Assembly (NCBI GenBank): GCA_047285535.1
Contig: JBJBDC010000001.1
Span: 896,136-960,135 of the forward strand
DNA length: 64,000 nucleotides
Direction: 5' to 3'
Source: Synechococcus sp.
GTDB lineage: Bacteria; Cyanobacteriota; Cyanobacteriia; PCC-6307; Cyanobiaceae
The notes beneath the pieces were generated by a model, which worked only from the letters and a program-made list of their open reading frames with translations, searched no databases and was not told the origin of the DNA. This document shows, piece by piece, positions 50,434 to 60,554 of the stretch (the first letter of the stretch is position 1; each line of letters begins with the position of its first letter). A program made the position numbers and the translations under genes.

Positions 50434-53400
50434 TCACACCTTTAAAACAGCTTCATTTCGTTCCTTTTGTTGCTGTTCGCGTTGGTCTTGCGTTAACCCA
50501 TCGGAATCGGGGATCTGTGATGCCATCTGCTCAAGCCAACCTTTGAGCTCCTCAAGCTGCTTCTCCATCGGCAAGACCCCAAGTCCTCGCGCAAGAACTT
50601 TTGCGGTGCTTCCGCTGCCTGCCTGATAGACAAGCCGACTGTGGAGATGTTGGGGCAAACCCTGACGTAACAACCGAAAGCCTGGTTCTTCCATCGGAGT
50701 TTCGAGTGCAATATTTGGTTTTTCAGGGCGAATCCGAGCAAACCCGCATCGTTTAGCGAGAAGCTTAAGGTCCATCAATTGCAACAGGGATTGCACGGGT
50801 CCTGGTAGGGCCCCGTAGCGATCAGCCCAGCCAGCAGCCAATTCCACCAGCGCCTCTGAGCTGAGGCAATCAGATGCGGCGCGATAAGCAGACATTTTCT
50901 CATCGGCATCGACGATCCAATCCGCCGGGATGAACGCAGTGACCTGGAGATCGACCTGAGTGTCGTCAACAGCAGGAATGTCTTGCCCCTGAATCTCAGC
51001 CAGGGATTCCTGCAACATTTCCATGTACAGATCAAAACCGATGGCCTCCATCTGCCCGCTTTGCTCCACACCGAGCAAATTGCCAACGCCCCGAATCTCC
51101 ATATCTCGCATCGCCAATTGATACCCACTGCCAAGCTGGGCAAACTCCTGAATCGCGCGAAGTCGCTGTCTTGCCGCTTCACTGAGCGAAGCATCACCGG
51201 GATAGAACAGCCAGGCATGTGCTTGAACACCGCTGCGCCCGACGCGTCCTCGGAGTTGATAGAGCTGAGCGAGCCCAAATCTATGGGCATCCTCGATCAG
51301 AATCGTATTGACACGAGGAATATCGAGCCCGCTCTCGACAATTGTTGTGCAAAGCATGACATCAGCTTCCCCTCCGTTAAAGGCCACCATGGCGCTCTCC
51401 AATTCGCCTTCGGCCATTTGCCCATGAGCGACCAGAAGCTTGAGGCCTGGGAGCATGTCCCGAAGCTTGGCAGCGACTTGTTCAATTCCTTCAACGCGAG
51501 GGACCACGTAGAACACCTGGCCCCCTCGATCAAGTTCCTGGCGAATCGAACTGCGCACCGCCTCATCATCGAGAGCCGCCAGATGAGTTTTGATCGGACG
51601 TCGCAAGGGAGGAGGAGTCGTGATCAAGCTCATCTCACGCACTCCAGAGAGGCTCATATACAACGTGCGAGGAATGGGCGTCGCCGAGAGTGTCAACACG
51701 TCAACGTCCTTTCGCAATGCCTTAATTTTTTCTTTTTGATTCACTCCAAAGCGTTGTTCTTCATCAACAACCAGCAAACCAAGTTTGGTGAATGCCGTGT
51801 TTTTACTTAACAGCTGATGGGTACCGACCACAGCGTCAATAGTCCCTTTCTTTAACTCCTCAAGAATCGTTTTGCGCTCACCGGCTGTTCGGAAGCGATT
51901 TAGAAGGGCCACCTTGATCGGATAGGGAGCAAAACGTTCCGAAAGTGTGCGCCAATGCTGCTGAGCCAACACCGTCGTAGGTGCCAACATTGCCACTTGT
52001 TTCCCAGCCGTGATGGCTTTGAAAATGGCTCGAATAGCCACTTCGGTCTTACCGAAGCCCACATCACCGCAAACCAGACGGTCCATAGGCTCTGGTTTTT
52101 CCATATCTCGCTTGACATCCACCGTGGCCTTGAGTTGATCGGAGGTGGGTTCGTACGGAAAAGAGTCTTCGAGTTCGATCTGCCAAGGTCCATCCTTCGG
52201 AAAAGCAAACCCCTGAGCCTGGTGTCGCTCGGCGTACAGCTTCACCAAATCAAGAGCAACTTTGCGCACAGCTTTGGTGGCACGCTCCTTGGCCTTCACC
52301 CAAGCAGAGCCACCCATTTTGCTGAGTTGAGGCGGCGTATCGCTATTCGCTCGAAAACGCCCAAGACTGCCCAGCTGATCAGCAGCCACTCGCAAAATGC
52401 CATCGGAATACTGGACCACCAGGTAGTCCCGAACTTCACCGCTGATCGCTAATTTCTCGAGCTTTTTAAAACGGCCGATTCCATGGTTGCGATGCACCAC
52501 GAAGTCCCCTGGGTGCATCTTGTTGGGATCGACCGTTCGACTCGCCGCTTTGCGCCTCCGGCGTACGTAACCACTACTGCTCAGGGACTGTTGTCCAAAA
52601 AATTCACGGTCGGTGAGAAGAACGACCTTCCAAGCAGGGAGTTGTAGGCCTTCAAGGTCGGCTGTACCGCGAGATTTAAGCGCAACAGGAGTGCCCTGTT
52701 CGATCAGGCGCTCAATCGCTTGCCTATCGGCGGCATTAGGAACGAAGCGCGTGATGCAGTCATGCTCTTCCAGCAAGGCAACAGCCCGGCTCGGCTGGGC
52801 TGAGAGCAACCAAACGGCATGATGCTCACGCTGATGCTGTTTGATCAATTCACCTAGTTTTCCAAACTGATTTGGATACGCCGGAACCGGGCGACTAGCA
52901 AGATCAAATGCATTGGGATAACTGTCGTTTTCTTGAAGCTCAGCCAGATCAAAACCGCCAAAACACTCCGCAAGCGCCATCGCTTCCTTGATGGGTCGAT
53001 GCAGAGGGGGAATCGAGAGACTCAAATCAGCGTGTTGCTCAATGGCGTGGTCCAGCCACTGTTGACCATGGGCACTGCCATGGCGCCTTTCGTCTATCGC
53101 AATGCAGCATTTAGCCGGCAAATAATCAAGGAGCGAAGCAGGAGATTCCCAGGCCAAGCCCATCAGCCTGCGCATGCCCTCTGGGGTGCCGCCCTCCAGC
53201 AGCTCTGTGAGTTGGGACTCGCTCAACAACCCATCAAGATCGTCAGGCATTTGCTCGCGCAGGCGTTCAGCGATGAGAGGGCTGAAACCCGTAGGAGTGA
53301 GCATGAGAGTGTCGACAGTATCGAGTGAGCGCTGACTGGCCGGATCAAATTCGCGAAGCTTGTCGAGTTCATTCCCGAAGAACTCCAGTCGTACTGGCAG

Positions 53401-53976
53401 CTCGCTGCTCACCGGATACACATCAACGATGTCACCACGGCGGCTCCAGGTGCCTTCCTGATCAATGGTCGAGACGCGCTCGTAGCCCAACTGACTCAGG
53501 TAGACGGAGAATTCATCAAGGTCAATGACATCACCTTTTTGTAGAGCTCGACAATGCTCTGCAAGGAATTGCGGTGGTGGAAGGTGCGGTTGCAAACATC
53601 TCTCGGTGGCAACAATTGCCAAGTCGTTTCTGGTGCGGTTTGTCTGGAGTTCGCTTAAGACTTGAAGTTGCCCCCAAGTGATTTCCGTCGTTGGGTCAAA
53701 AGGTTCATAGGGAGATCCCTCGCTCGTGGGATAAAGCTGGGCACTCGACCAACCCATCAGTTCAAGCAGAGCAGTCCAGCGACCGGCTTCCTCCAATGTC
53801 GGGACTACCACAAGTAAAGGCTGATCCATGCGCTTAGCCAAAGCACTGGCAACCAATGCCCTGGCTGACCTTCCAGCTCCTCTCATCAACAGGCGTTGAT
53901 CCCGCTCTGTGCGCTCACAAAGCTCACCACTCAGCACTGAGGTCTGCAGCAGACGCACCAAAGAGCTGAGGGGCAT
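50434..53976 (-). CDS. mfd: Transcription-repair coupling factor
   Basis: GDFVVHRNHGIG, GDVGFGKTE, DEEQRFG, SATPIPRT, QLRGRVGRS; start placed at MPLSSLV. Confidence 0.98.
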   Translation of the reverse strand: MPLSSLVRLLQTSVLSGELCERTERDQRLLMRGAGRSARALVASALAKRMDQPLLVVVPTLEEAGRWTALLELMGWSSAQLYPTSEGSPYEPFDPTTEITWGQLQVLSELQTNRTRNDLAIVATERCLQPHLPPPQFLAEHCRALQKGDVIDLDEFSVYLSQLGYERVSTIDQEGTWSRRGDIVDVYPVSSELPVRLEFFGNELDKLREFDPASQRSLDTVDTLMLTPTGFSPLIAERLREQMPDDLDGLLSESQLTELLEGGTPEGMRRLMGLAWESPASLLDYLPAKCCIAIDERRHGSAHGQQWLDHAIEQHADLSLSIPPLHRPIKEAMALAECFGGFDLAELQENDSYPNAFDLASRPVPAYPNQFGKLGELIKQHQREHHAVWLLSAQPSRAVALLEEHDCITRFVPNAADRQAIERLIEQGTPVALKSRGTADLEGLQLPAWKVVLLTDREFFGQQSLSSSGYVRRRRKAASRTVDPNKMHPGDFVVHRNHGIGRFKKLEKLAISGEVRDYLVVQYSDGILRVAADQLGSLGRFRANSDTPPQLSKMGGSAWVKAKERATKAVRKVALDLVKLYAERHQAQGFAFPKDGPWQIELEDSFPYEPTSDQLKATVDVKRDMEKPEPMDRLVCGDVGFGKTEVAIRAIFKAITAGKQVAMLAPTTVLAQQHWRTLSERFAPYPIKVALLNRFRTAGERKTILEELKKGTIDAVVGTHQLLSKNTAFTKLGLLVVDEEQRFGVNQKEKIKALRKDVDVLTLSATPIPRTLYMSLSGVREMSLITTPPPLRRPIKTHLAALDDEAVRSSIRQELDRGGQVFYVVPRVEGIEQVAAKLRDMLPGLKLLVAHGQMAEGELESAMVAFNGGEADVMLCTTIVESGLDIPRVNTILIEDAHRFGLAQLYQLRGRVGRSGVQAHAWLFYPGDASLSEAARQRLRAIQEFAQLGSGYQLAMRDMEIRGVGNLLGVEQSGQMEAIGFDLYMEMLQESLAEIQGQDIPAVDDTQVDLQVTAFIPADWIVDADEKMSAYRAASDCLSSEALVELAAGWADRYGALPGPVQSLLQLMDLKLLAKRCGFARIRPEKPNIALETPMEEPGFRLLRQGLPQHLHSRLVYQAGSGSTAKVLARGLGVLPMEKQLEELKGWLEQMASQIPDSDGLTQDQREQQQKERNEAVLKV

Positions 53977-54553
53977 GACGGAACCACTGTCGACAAAACA
54001 AGAGTCTGTCAAGGGAACGGACTCAATGCTGAATGCACCTCTGAACTCCACAGATTTCCAAAAAGACTTGGCAGGACTTTTGAGACTTACCCACCGTCGG
54101 AGCATCCACAATCAAATGGACAAAGACAAAAAGGGAACCCAAGAACTCAATAAACGTTGCTATTCCGACAGGCAAGAAGCACAATCTTCACTACCTTGGA
54201 AAAATGAAGTTCATCAACAACCAATATACAACCACTCGTCTAGACAAAAGCTCATCAGTAAAAGAATAAAGTGCACTAAGAATTTAGTCAATCAAGACCA
54301 CTCACATAGTCAAATTTATATAACCAAACCCACTGAACAAGAACAAATACTAGCCAGGAACAATGCTGGCACAAGGAAAGAGCCACAAGTACAAAAGCAA
54401 AGAACCAACAAAAACCCAACAGAAACGAATCAACACCAAATCATACAACCTACATCTTAGAAGCAATAAGAAGACAAAAAGCCGTAGACTTAATTGTCAA
54501 TCTATACCAGAATCAAAACAAACTCAATTCAACAATAAACCACAATACACACT

Positions 54554-54582
54554 AAAAAGGCCCCTCCAAAACAGGAGGAGCC
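54554..54582 (-). terminator. Intrinsic terminator of the porin gene
   Basis: Minus strand GGCTCCTCC-TGTTTT-GGAGGGGCC-TTTTT. Confidence 0.85.
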
Positions 54583-54600
54583 GAGGAGCTCGAAGCCAAA

Positions 54601-56367
54601 TCAGAACTTAAAGGTGGTCTTCAAAAGGCCTCCAAAGTTATTAAACGTATCTGATCGATTACCAGAATCACCAGCACCATTTGTCAAATCTCCAAATGGT
54701 CGACTTAAATAATAAATAGCTGGAGTTACCGTAATATTGTCAGTTACCTGGAATGCATACCAAAACTCCCATGCGTAGTTCCCATCTGCTACGAAATCAC
54801 TTTCAGAATCTGAGGAGTAATCAACAGATGTCACAAAGGTGGGCTGACCCACAGCCATTCCCAAAGTGTTTCCTTTTAGGAAAGCATCTGACCATTGGAG
54901 GCCCACATACCAAGACTGAGAAGTGAAACTCTTTACTCCAACTTCAGCGCTTGCCGCATTCTGTGAAGGGCTAAGATATGGACTTTGCAAGTAAGAATCT
55001 TTAAAAGATTGCGAACTACTAATCCCCCACCCTGTGCTAACACTTGGAATCCAACCAGACTCTTCCGGAGTCCACCAAGCACTTAGACCAGCAGAACTTA
55101 CTGCTCCTATATTGGACAGCGCATTAGCCAATGGCGTTGCGTTGCCTGGATATACTCCAGTATTATTATTCTGGCCATTAGCAAAATTATAAGCAGCTGC
55201 AACACCCCAATTTTCAGGAGAATAGGCAATTTGAACCGTGGCGCTAGTACCCGCGCCCTCTGTCAAAATACCTCCGAAATTAGGATCTGATTCATTACCA
55301 TTAGAGCTGACATAGTTAGCACTAACACTGAAATCGTTAGATTCCCACCAGATACCAGCACCAGAGCCTAGGGTTAAGTTATAGGCACCAGGAGCTCCGG
55401 CGTAGGTGAAGAAATCGAGAACGGTGTCAGCAGGATATGCACTGGGCCAAACAGCCAGCATGTCGTCTTGACGAACCAAACCACCAACGGTTGCAGTGAA
55501 GCTGCTGCCAACTGGGAACTGATACCAAAGGCGGTTTACAGCAACGCTATTAGCTCCTGAAGGTTCTTCAAAAGCAGTTTCCATGGCGTCTAGACCGACA
55601 TAGCCACCTCCCCCAAAGGCTGAGCCACCAAAATTGCCCGCACGCAACATTGTGCGGAGAAGATCCTTACCAGTGAAGCTGGTATCAAGGAACAAACGAA
55701 GGTCGTAGTTAAAGGAAGTTCCACCAGATTGGGCCGCAGCCAGATCAGCACGCTTTTCCGGAGAAAGAAGTTTAGTACCAGGTATTTCCACAAACGGAGG
55801 GTTGATAACCATGGCATCACCACCGAAGCTGTTCGCACCAATCACGAAGGTGGCTTGACCTTTCAGCTTGGTGGTGGTGGAGAACTGAGTGGCTTCCAGT
55901 TCACCAACACGGGCTTCCAGTCCGTCCACACGGCCCTTGAGGATGGCGAGTTCCTTCTCGAACTCTTTCATCAGGCGCTTGAGTTCGTCGGTCACTTCGG
56001 TGACGCGATCGAGACAGGCGTTCAACAGAGCCGCCGCTTCAAAGCGGGTCATCGCCCTGTTGCCGCGGTAGGTGCCGTTGGGGTATCCAGCGACGCAGCC
56101 GTAACGCTCGATCAGGTTGCTCAGGGCCTGATAGGCCCAATCCGTGGGGTACACATCAGAAAACTGAGTGATGCTGGTGACTTGCTCACCAGTGGCGGTG
56201 TAGTCAGACACCGATCCTTTGCCAACGGGAGTACGTGCCATGGAACGCTCTCCAGTGGCGGCGTAGTCAGACACACCACGAATGTTGAGATCAGAGGCAA
56301 CAGCAGACAATGGGGACAAAAGCCCCAAAGCCGCTGGCGCCACCAGCAATTGGTGGAAAAGTTTCAT
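54601..56367 (-). CDS. som: Som-type outer-membrane porin (SLH domain + OprB-like barrel)
   Basis: MKLFHQLLVAPAALGL, FSDVYPTDWAYQALSNLIERYGCVAGYP, FSTTTKLKG, terminal KTTFKF. Confidence 0.95.
   Translation of the reverse strand: MKLFHQLLVAPAALGLLSPLSAVASDLNIRGVSDYAATGERSMARTPVGKGSVSDYTATGEQVTSITQFSDVYPTDWAYQALSNLIERYGCVAGYPNGTYRGNRAMTRFEAAALLNACLDRVTEVTDELKRLMKEFEKELAILKGRVDGLEARVGELEATQFSTTTKLKGQATFVIGANSFGGDAMVINPPFVEIPGTKLLSPEKRADLAAAQSGGTSFNYDLRLFLDTSFTGKDLLRTMLRAGNFGGSAFGGGGYVGLDAMETAFEEPSGANSVAVNRLWYQFPVGSSFTATVGGLVRQDDMLAVWPSAYPADTVLDFFTYAGAPGAYNLTLGSGAGIWWESNDFSVSANYVSSNGNESDPNFGGILTEGAGTSATVQIAYSPENWGVAAAYNFANGQNNNTGVYPGNATPLANALSNIGAVSSAGLSAWWTPEESGWIPSVSTGWGISSSQSFKDSYLQSPYLSPSQNAASAEVGVKSFTSQSWYVGLQWSDAFLKGNTLGMAVGQPTFVTSVDYSSDSESDFVADGNYAWEFWYAFQVTDNITVTPAIYYLSRPFGDLTNGAGDSGNRSDTFNNFGGLLKTTFKF
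56184..56274. repeat. 28-nt direct repeat at 63-nt spacing inside the porin gene
   Basis: gctcaccagtggcggtgtagtcagacac (56184-56211) versus gctctccagtggcggcgtagtcagacac (56247-56274). Confidence 0.9.
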
Positions 56368-56372
56368 TTCGG

Positions 56373-56381
56373 TCCTCACAC
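56373..56381 (-). promoter_or_regulatory. Yfr1 sRNA target site overlapping the som RBS
   Basis: mRNA GUGUGAGGA 5 nt upstream of the AUG, complementary to the Yfr1 conserved seed ACUCCUCACAC. Confidence 0.75.
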
Positions 56382-56995
56382 CAAAATTGAGTTAATTGTG
56401 TTGCTGTCAAACCAGCATCCACCATAATCTTACCTAAACAATCAGAGTACAGTTCAAGATCTGTCCACACATGTCAAGGCCAAACAACTTACACAGAAAG
56501 CTAATTACCCAAAATCAGGCCCGGAGGCCAATAAATCCTGCACAAGCTCAAAGTGCACAATAAAAAACCAACATCTAGCGCCAAAAAGGCATGCGCAATC
56601 ATTCACGGCACGAGGCAGAAAAGCAAACCATGAACATTAATCATAAAACAGAATCAACTTGCAAAAGAGATAGTTCCAAAACGAAACCGACTAAATTCTT
56701 TCAAATCATTGAAAACAAAGGCAGGGATAAACACCCATCAGGTTTGAATCACAAAAATCAGCAAGATACAAGAACAGCACTCAGGAAATTCACAAAAGAT
56801 GAAAATTTAACCGCTATTGAATCTCAGGCACTGTCAAATTGCCTACCAGAACCTCAAGTTGGCAACAAACCCAATAAAAATATATTTTTTCATTTCCCTG
56901 TTTAGAACAAACAATTTCAAACACCGACAAATTGTCCTATAACTCAGTAACAAGAATCTTTTTTGACCAGACTCTCACACTCTCTAAGAAAACTC

Positions 56996-57238
56996 ATGCC
57001 CCGTTTTCGTTGCCCAGAATGCTGTTGTGGGCCTGCAATTGTCTTACATCCGCCACCTGGAGCCACACCAATCTGTTTCCGTTGTGGATGTATTTTAGAA
57101 AAGCAGCCCCTGGTTAAACTGGGCCCACTATGTGTGTTACTAACAGTTGGTACCGCTTTGATCGCCCTATCGATGCCAGCATTATTTTCACCCCAGCCGC
57201 TACCTCCTCAAACCAAACCACCTGCTCAAACTGTCTAG
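56996..57238 (+). CDS. Small Zn-ribbon membrane protein
   Basis: CPECCC...CFRCGC followed by a TM helix and a Pro-rich tail. Confidence 0.7.
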   Translation: MPRFRCPECCCGPAIVLHPPPGATPICFRCGCILEKQPLVKLGPLCVLLTVGTALIALSMPALFSPQPLPPQTKPPAQTV

Positions 57239-57267
57239 CGCAATGAGCAAGTTGTCAACCATCAATC

Positions 57268-57822
57268 ATGACCAAACGCATCACAGAGCCTGAACGCAAA
57301 AACAACAAAAGAGCCAGATTCGAATCACGTTTTGAGCGACTCCTATGGCGTTTTCGCTTAGTAACCATTCTGCCTGTTGTGATGAGTCTATTAGGAAGTG
57401 TGAGCTGTTTTGTACTCGGAACACAGGAAGAGCTGAGCGCACTGAACAAACTGATCAATGGTCATTTAAATTCAAATCAAAACATTTTATTGCTAGGAAA
57501 AGTTATAGGCGGAATTGATTATTATGTGATCGGCATAGCGTTGCTTATTTTTGGCTATGGGGTGTATGAGCTGATTATTTCTGACATTGATCCTCGCATT
57601 CAGGACATGACTGAAGAACGTCGAAATATTCTCAGCATCAATTCCCTTGAGGCGCTGAAACAAAAGCTTACCAACGTCATCATTGTTGCACTGATCGTAA
57701 CAGCATTCAAACTTATGATTAGTTTTAGAGTGCAATCAATTTCAGAATTACTGCAATTTTGCGGATGCGTATTGATTCTTGCCTTTAGCGCTTGGCTCGT
57801 CGGCAAAAACCATAAGGATTAA
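57268..57822 (+). CDS. YqhA (UPF0114) membrane protein
   Basis: IDYYVIGIALLIFGYGVYELIIS, LEALKQKLTNVIIVALIV. Confidence 0.88.
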   Translation: MTKRITEPERKNNKRARFESRFERLLWRFRLVTILPVVMSLLGSVSCFVLGTQEELSALNKLINGHLNSNQNILLLGKVIGGIDYYVIGIALLIFGYGVYELIISDIDPRIQDMTEERRNILSINSLEALKQKLTNVIIVALIVTAFKLMISFRVQSISELLQFCGCVLILAFSAWLVGKNHKD

Positions 57823-57934
57823 GAGCTTGAATGTTATGCATTATAAACTCAAGCACAACAGCCACCTTGAAGCGAGTAGCTGTGCAATGTTATTATCATT
57901 TTGCACTTATTAAATTAGAATTATTCTTTTAGCC

Positions 57935-58141
57935 ATGAGACCATATCCAAAAGGGACTGGAGCAGGGATTTCTCTATTTATTATTATTGCACTAGGCATT
58001 TATGCCGTGTCTCGGGTCGAAGAAATGAAACGTGCTGCCTTTAGAGATGGCTTTAACTGTGCAATCAATGAAAATGCTCGAACAACCCATTCCCCCTACA
58101 ATTGCACAGAATACAGAGAGAGTATGAAAAAAAGAATTTAA
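57935..58141 (+). CDS. Small hypothetical membrane-anchored protein
   Basis: N-terminal TM segment and two Cys; 68 aa in AT-rich DNA. Confidence 0.5.
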   Translation: MRPYPKGTGAGISLFIIIALGIYAVSRVEEMKRAAFRDGFNCAINENARTTHSPYNCTEYRESMKKRI

Positions 58142-58695
58142 TTCTATTTCGTTAAAATCACTCAATTACTCAATCCCTAAAGCAAGCCTGAGGGAACAGC
58201 ACTCTACCTTAAACACTCTCCCAACAGAAAAAATAAACAACAATATCTTAAACCAATGTGCATATGCTTAACCAAGCAGTTGATCACTTGACTACCTAAC
58301 CCCAACCATCAAACTGACAGCCTAACGACCTTTTCAAAACATCTACCCTTCAAGATCAATAACCTATTAGTCAAACCAACAAGAATCGACCCATTCTCGG
58401 AAACTGGTCACATCCCCAAAGCCCACTCTCAATAATCAGAGCAAAGAACACCAATCCCTGCCCCAAAACATTAATCAACAACAAACAATACTGCCTACCA
58501 GGCATCAAAGAAACATGATTCAATTGCAGGAAGGATTCAAGTAAAAGAGCTTCGTCAAAAAAGACGTTGATTCTCTATGGAAAGAACTCTAAACACTTTA
58601 ACAGATTCAATCAATAAATCATTAACACTATAAAACCACCACAACCATGAACTTGACAAAAATGAAGTTGGGTCTTGAAGACTTTTCTCATATTT

Positions 58696-59379
58696 TTAAA
58701 CCAGAACGCCTTCTGGCCGCTTGCTAGTTCTGATTCCTTGGATGGCAGCAGCGTAGTCAGGCTGATTAAACACCCCTGAACCACTCACAATTGCGTTTGC
58801 ACCAGCTTCAATCACCTTCCATGCATTCCCAGCTTTCACACCACCATCAACTTCAATCCAAGGATTCAAAGCTTTCTCATCGCACATGCGACGTAAATCG
58901 CGGATTTTCTGAACTTGATTATCGATAAAACTCTGACCACCAAAACCTGGATTCACACTCATAATCAACACAAGATCACAGAGTTCCAAGCAATACTCGA
59001 GCGTATCGAGAGGAGTGCTTGGATTAAGAACAGCACCGGCCATTTTGCCGAGATCCTTGATTTGTGCAAGGTTGCGGTGCAGATGAGGACAAGCCTCAAC
59101 CTGTACAGAAATAATGTCTGCACCTGCTTTTGCAAAATCCTCTACATAATTTTCTGGTTGCACAATCATGAGGTGCACATCCAATGGTTTCTTAGTAACC
59201 GGACGCAAGGCTTCTACAATAAGAGGGCCAATCGTGATGTTCGGAACAAAGCGACCATCCATCACGTCAACATGAATCCAATCAGCACCAGCTTCATCGA
59301 CAGCTTTGACGTCTTCACCAAGGCGTGAGAAATCGGCAGATAGGATCGATGGAGAGATCACCAGGGGCTTGGTGCTCAT
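58696..59379 (-). CDS. rpe: Ribulose-phosphate 3-epimerase
   Basis: [31 protein letters not shown]. Confidence 0.98.
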   Translation of the reverse strand: MSTKPLVISPSILSADFSRLGEDVKAVDEAGADWIHVDVMDGRFVPNITIGPLIVEALRPVTKKPLDVHLMIVQPENYVEDFAKAGADIISVQVEACPHLHRNLAQIKDLGKMAGAVLNPSTPLDTLEYCLELCDLVLIMSVNPGFGGQSFIDNQVQKIRDLRRMCDEKALNPWIEVDGGVKAGNAWKVIEAGANAIVSGSGVFNQPDYAAAIQGIRTSKRPEGVLV

Positions 59380-59517
59380 GACTGAGGGGGCTACGGGATC
59401 GGAAGATTGTAGGGAGCGCTGATACCACTGATACAGTGAGCCGCGCATATGAGATAGAAATCCCTGCTACTGCAGGCTTTCTCCTCAAAGCCTCTCTTTA
59501 ACCCCCGCTGCACTTAC

Positions 59518-60522
59518 GTGGATCGCACTCTCATCCAGGAAATTCTCGAGATCGTCGAGCAGGCCGCCATCGCTTCCGCCACGCTCTCCGGCAAAGGTCT
59601 GAAGGATGAAGCTGATGCTTTGGCTGTTGATGCCATGCGCAAGCGCATGAACAAAATTCAAATGCAGGGCCGCATTGTGATTGGTGAGGGAGAACGAGAC
59701 GAAGCTCCCATGCTCTACATCGGGGAAGAAGTCGGTACCGGCAACGGCCCAGGCGTTGATTTTGCTGTTGACCCTTGCGAAGGCACCAATCTTTGTGCGT
59801 TCAGCCAGCGCGGATCAATGGCTGTTCTCGCTGCTTCCGACCGTGGAGGGCTGTTTAATGCTCCAGACTTTTACATGAAGAAGTTGGCGGCTCCACCGGC
59901 AGCAAAGGGCAAGGTTGACATTCGCAAATCTGCGACTGAAAACATCAAAATCCTTAGCGAGTGCTTGGGTCTGGCTCCTGATGAGCTCACCATCGTTGTG
60001 ATGGATCGTGCCCGTCACAAAGATCTGATCACTGAAATCCGTGCCACGGGTGCGCGGATTCAGCCTATTTCCGATGGTGACGTGCAAGCCGCTATTGCTT
60101 GTGGTTTTGCAGGAACCGGGACTCACTGCTTGATGGGCATTGGTGCAGCACCTGAAGGAGTGATCTCTGCAGCAGCTATGCGCGCACTGGGCGGACACTT
60201 CCAAGGACAACTTGTGTATGACCCAGCCATTGCTCAGACTTCTGAGTGGGCAGATATGACGAAGGAAGGCAATCTCGCCCGCCTTGAAGAAATGGGCATT
60301 ACCGACCCAGATAAGGTGTACGAAGCCGATGAGCTCGCCTGTGGAGAGCACGTTGTATTCGCCGGCAGTGGGATCACAGATGGTCTTCTCTTCAACGGCG
60401 TTAAGTTCGAAACTGATTGCACCCGCACGAGCAGCTTGATTATTAGCAACCTGAACAACACCTGCAGTTTCACGAACACCATCCATATGAAGGATGGTGC
60501 TCAAAGCATTGCTTTGAACTGA
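59518..60522 (+). CDS. glpX: Class II fructose-1,6-/sedoheptulose-1,7-bisphosphatase
   Basis: [31 protein letters not shown]. Confidence 0.97.
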   Translation: MDRTLIQEILEIVEQAAIASATLSGKGLKDEADALAVDAMRKRMNKIQMQGRIVIGEGERDEAPMLYIGEEVGTGNGPGVDFAVDPCEGTNLCAFSQRGSMAVLAASDRGGLFNAPDFYMKKLAAPPAAKGKVDIRKSATENIKILSECLGLAPDELTIVVMDRARHKDLITEIRATGARIQPISDGDVQAAIACGFAGTGTHCLMGIGAAPEGVISAAAMRALGGHFQGQLVYDPAIAQTSEWADMTKEGNLARLEEMGITDPDKVYEADELACGEHVVFAGSGITDGLLFNGVKFETDCTRTSSLIISNLNNTCSFTNTIHMKDGAQSIALN

Positions 60523-60554
60523 TTCACGATTCGCAGCAACAGAGGTATTTCTCC

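Noticed and set aside
50983..52452. Long antisense ORFs opposite mfd (and similar ones opposite glnA, glpX, som, ispE)
   Set aside because: Shadow ORFs of well-supported genes, produced by codon bias
53909..54611. ORFs 53909..54460 and 54363..54611 on the + strand
   Set aside because: K/N/Q/T-rich translations explained by T-depleted skewed DNA that rarely forms stop codons; no motifs
56591..56905. 104-aa + strand ORF upstream of the porin
   Set aside because: Same A/C-skew artefact; no recognisable features
56971..56980. ACTCTCACAC resembling the Yfr1 seed
   Set aside because: One base short of ACTCCTCACAC and lacks the flanking hairpins and terminator of Yfr1
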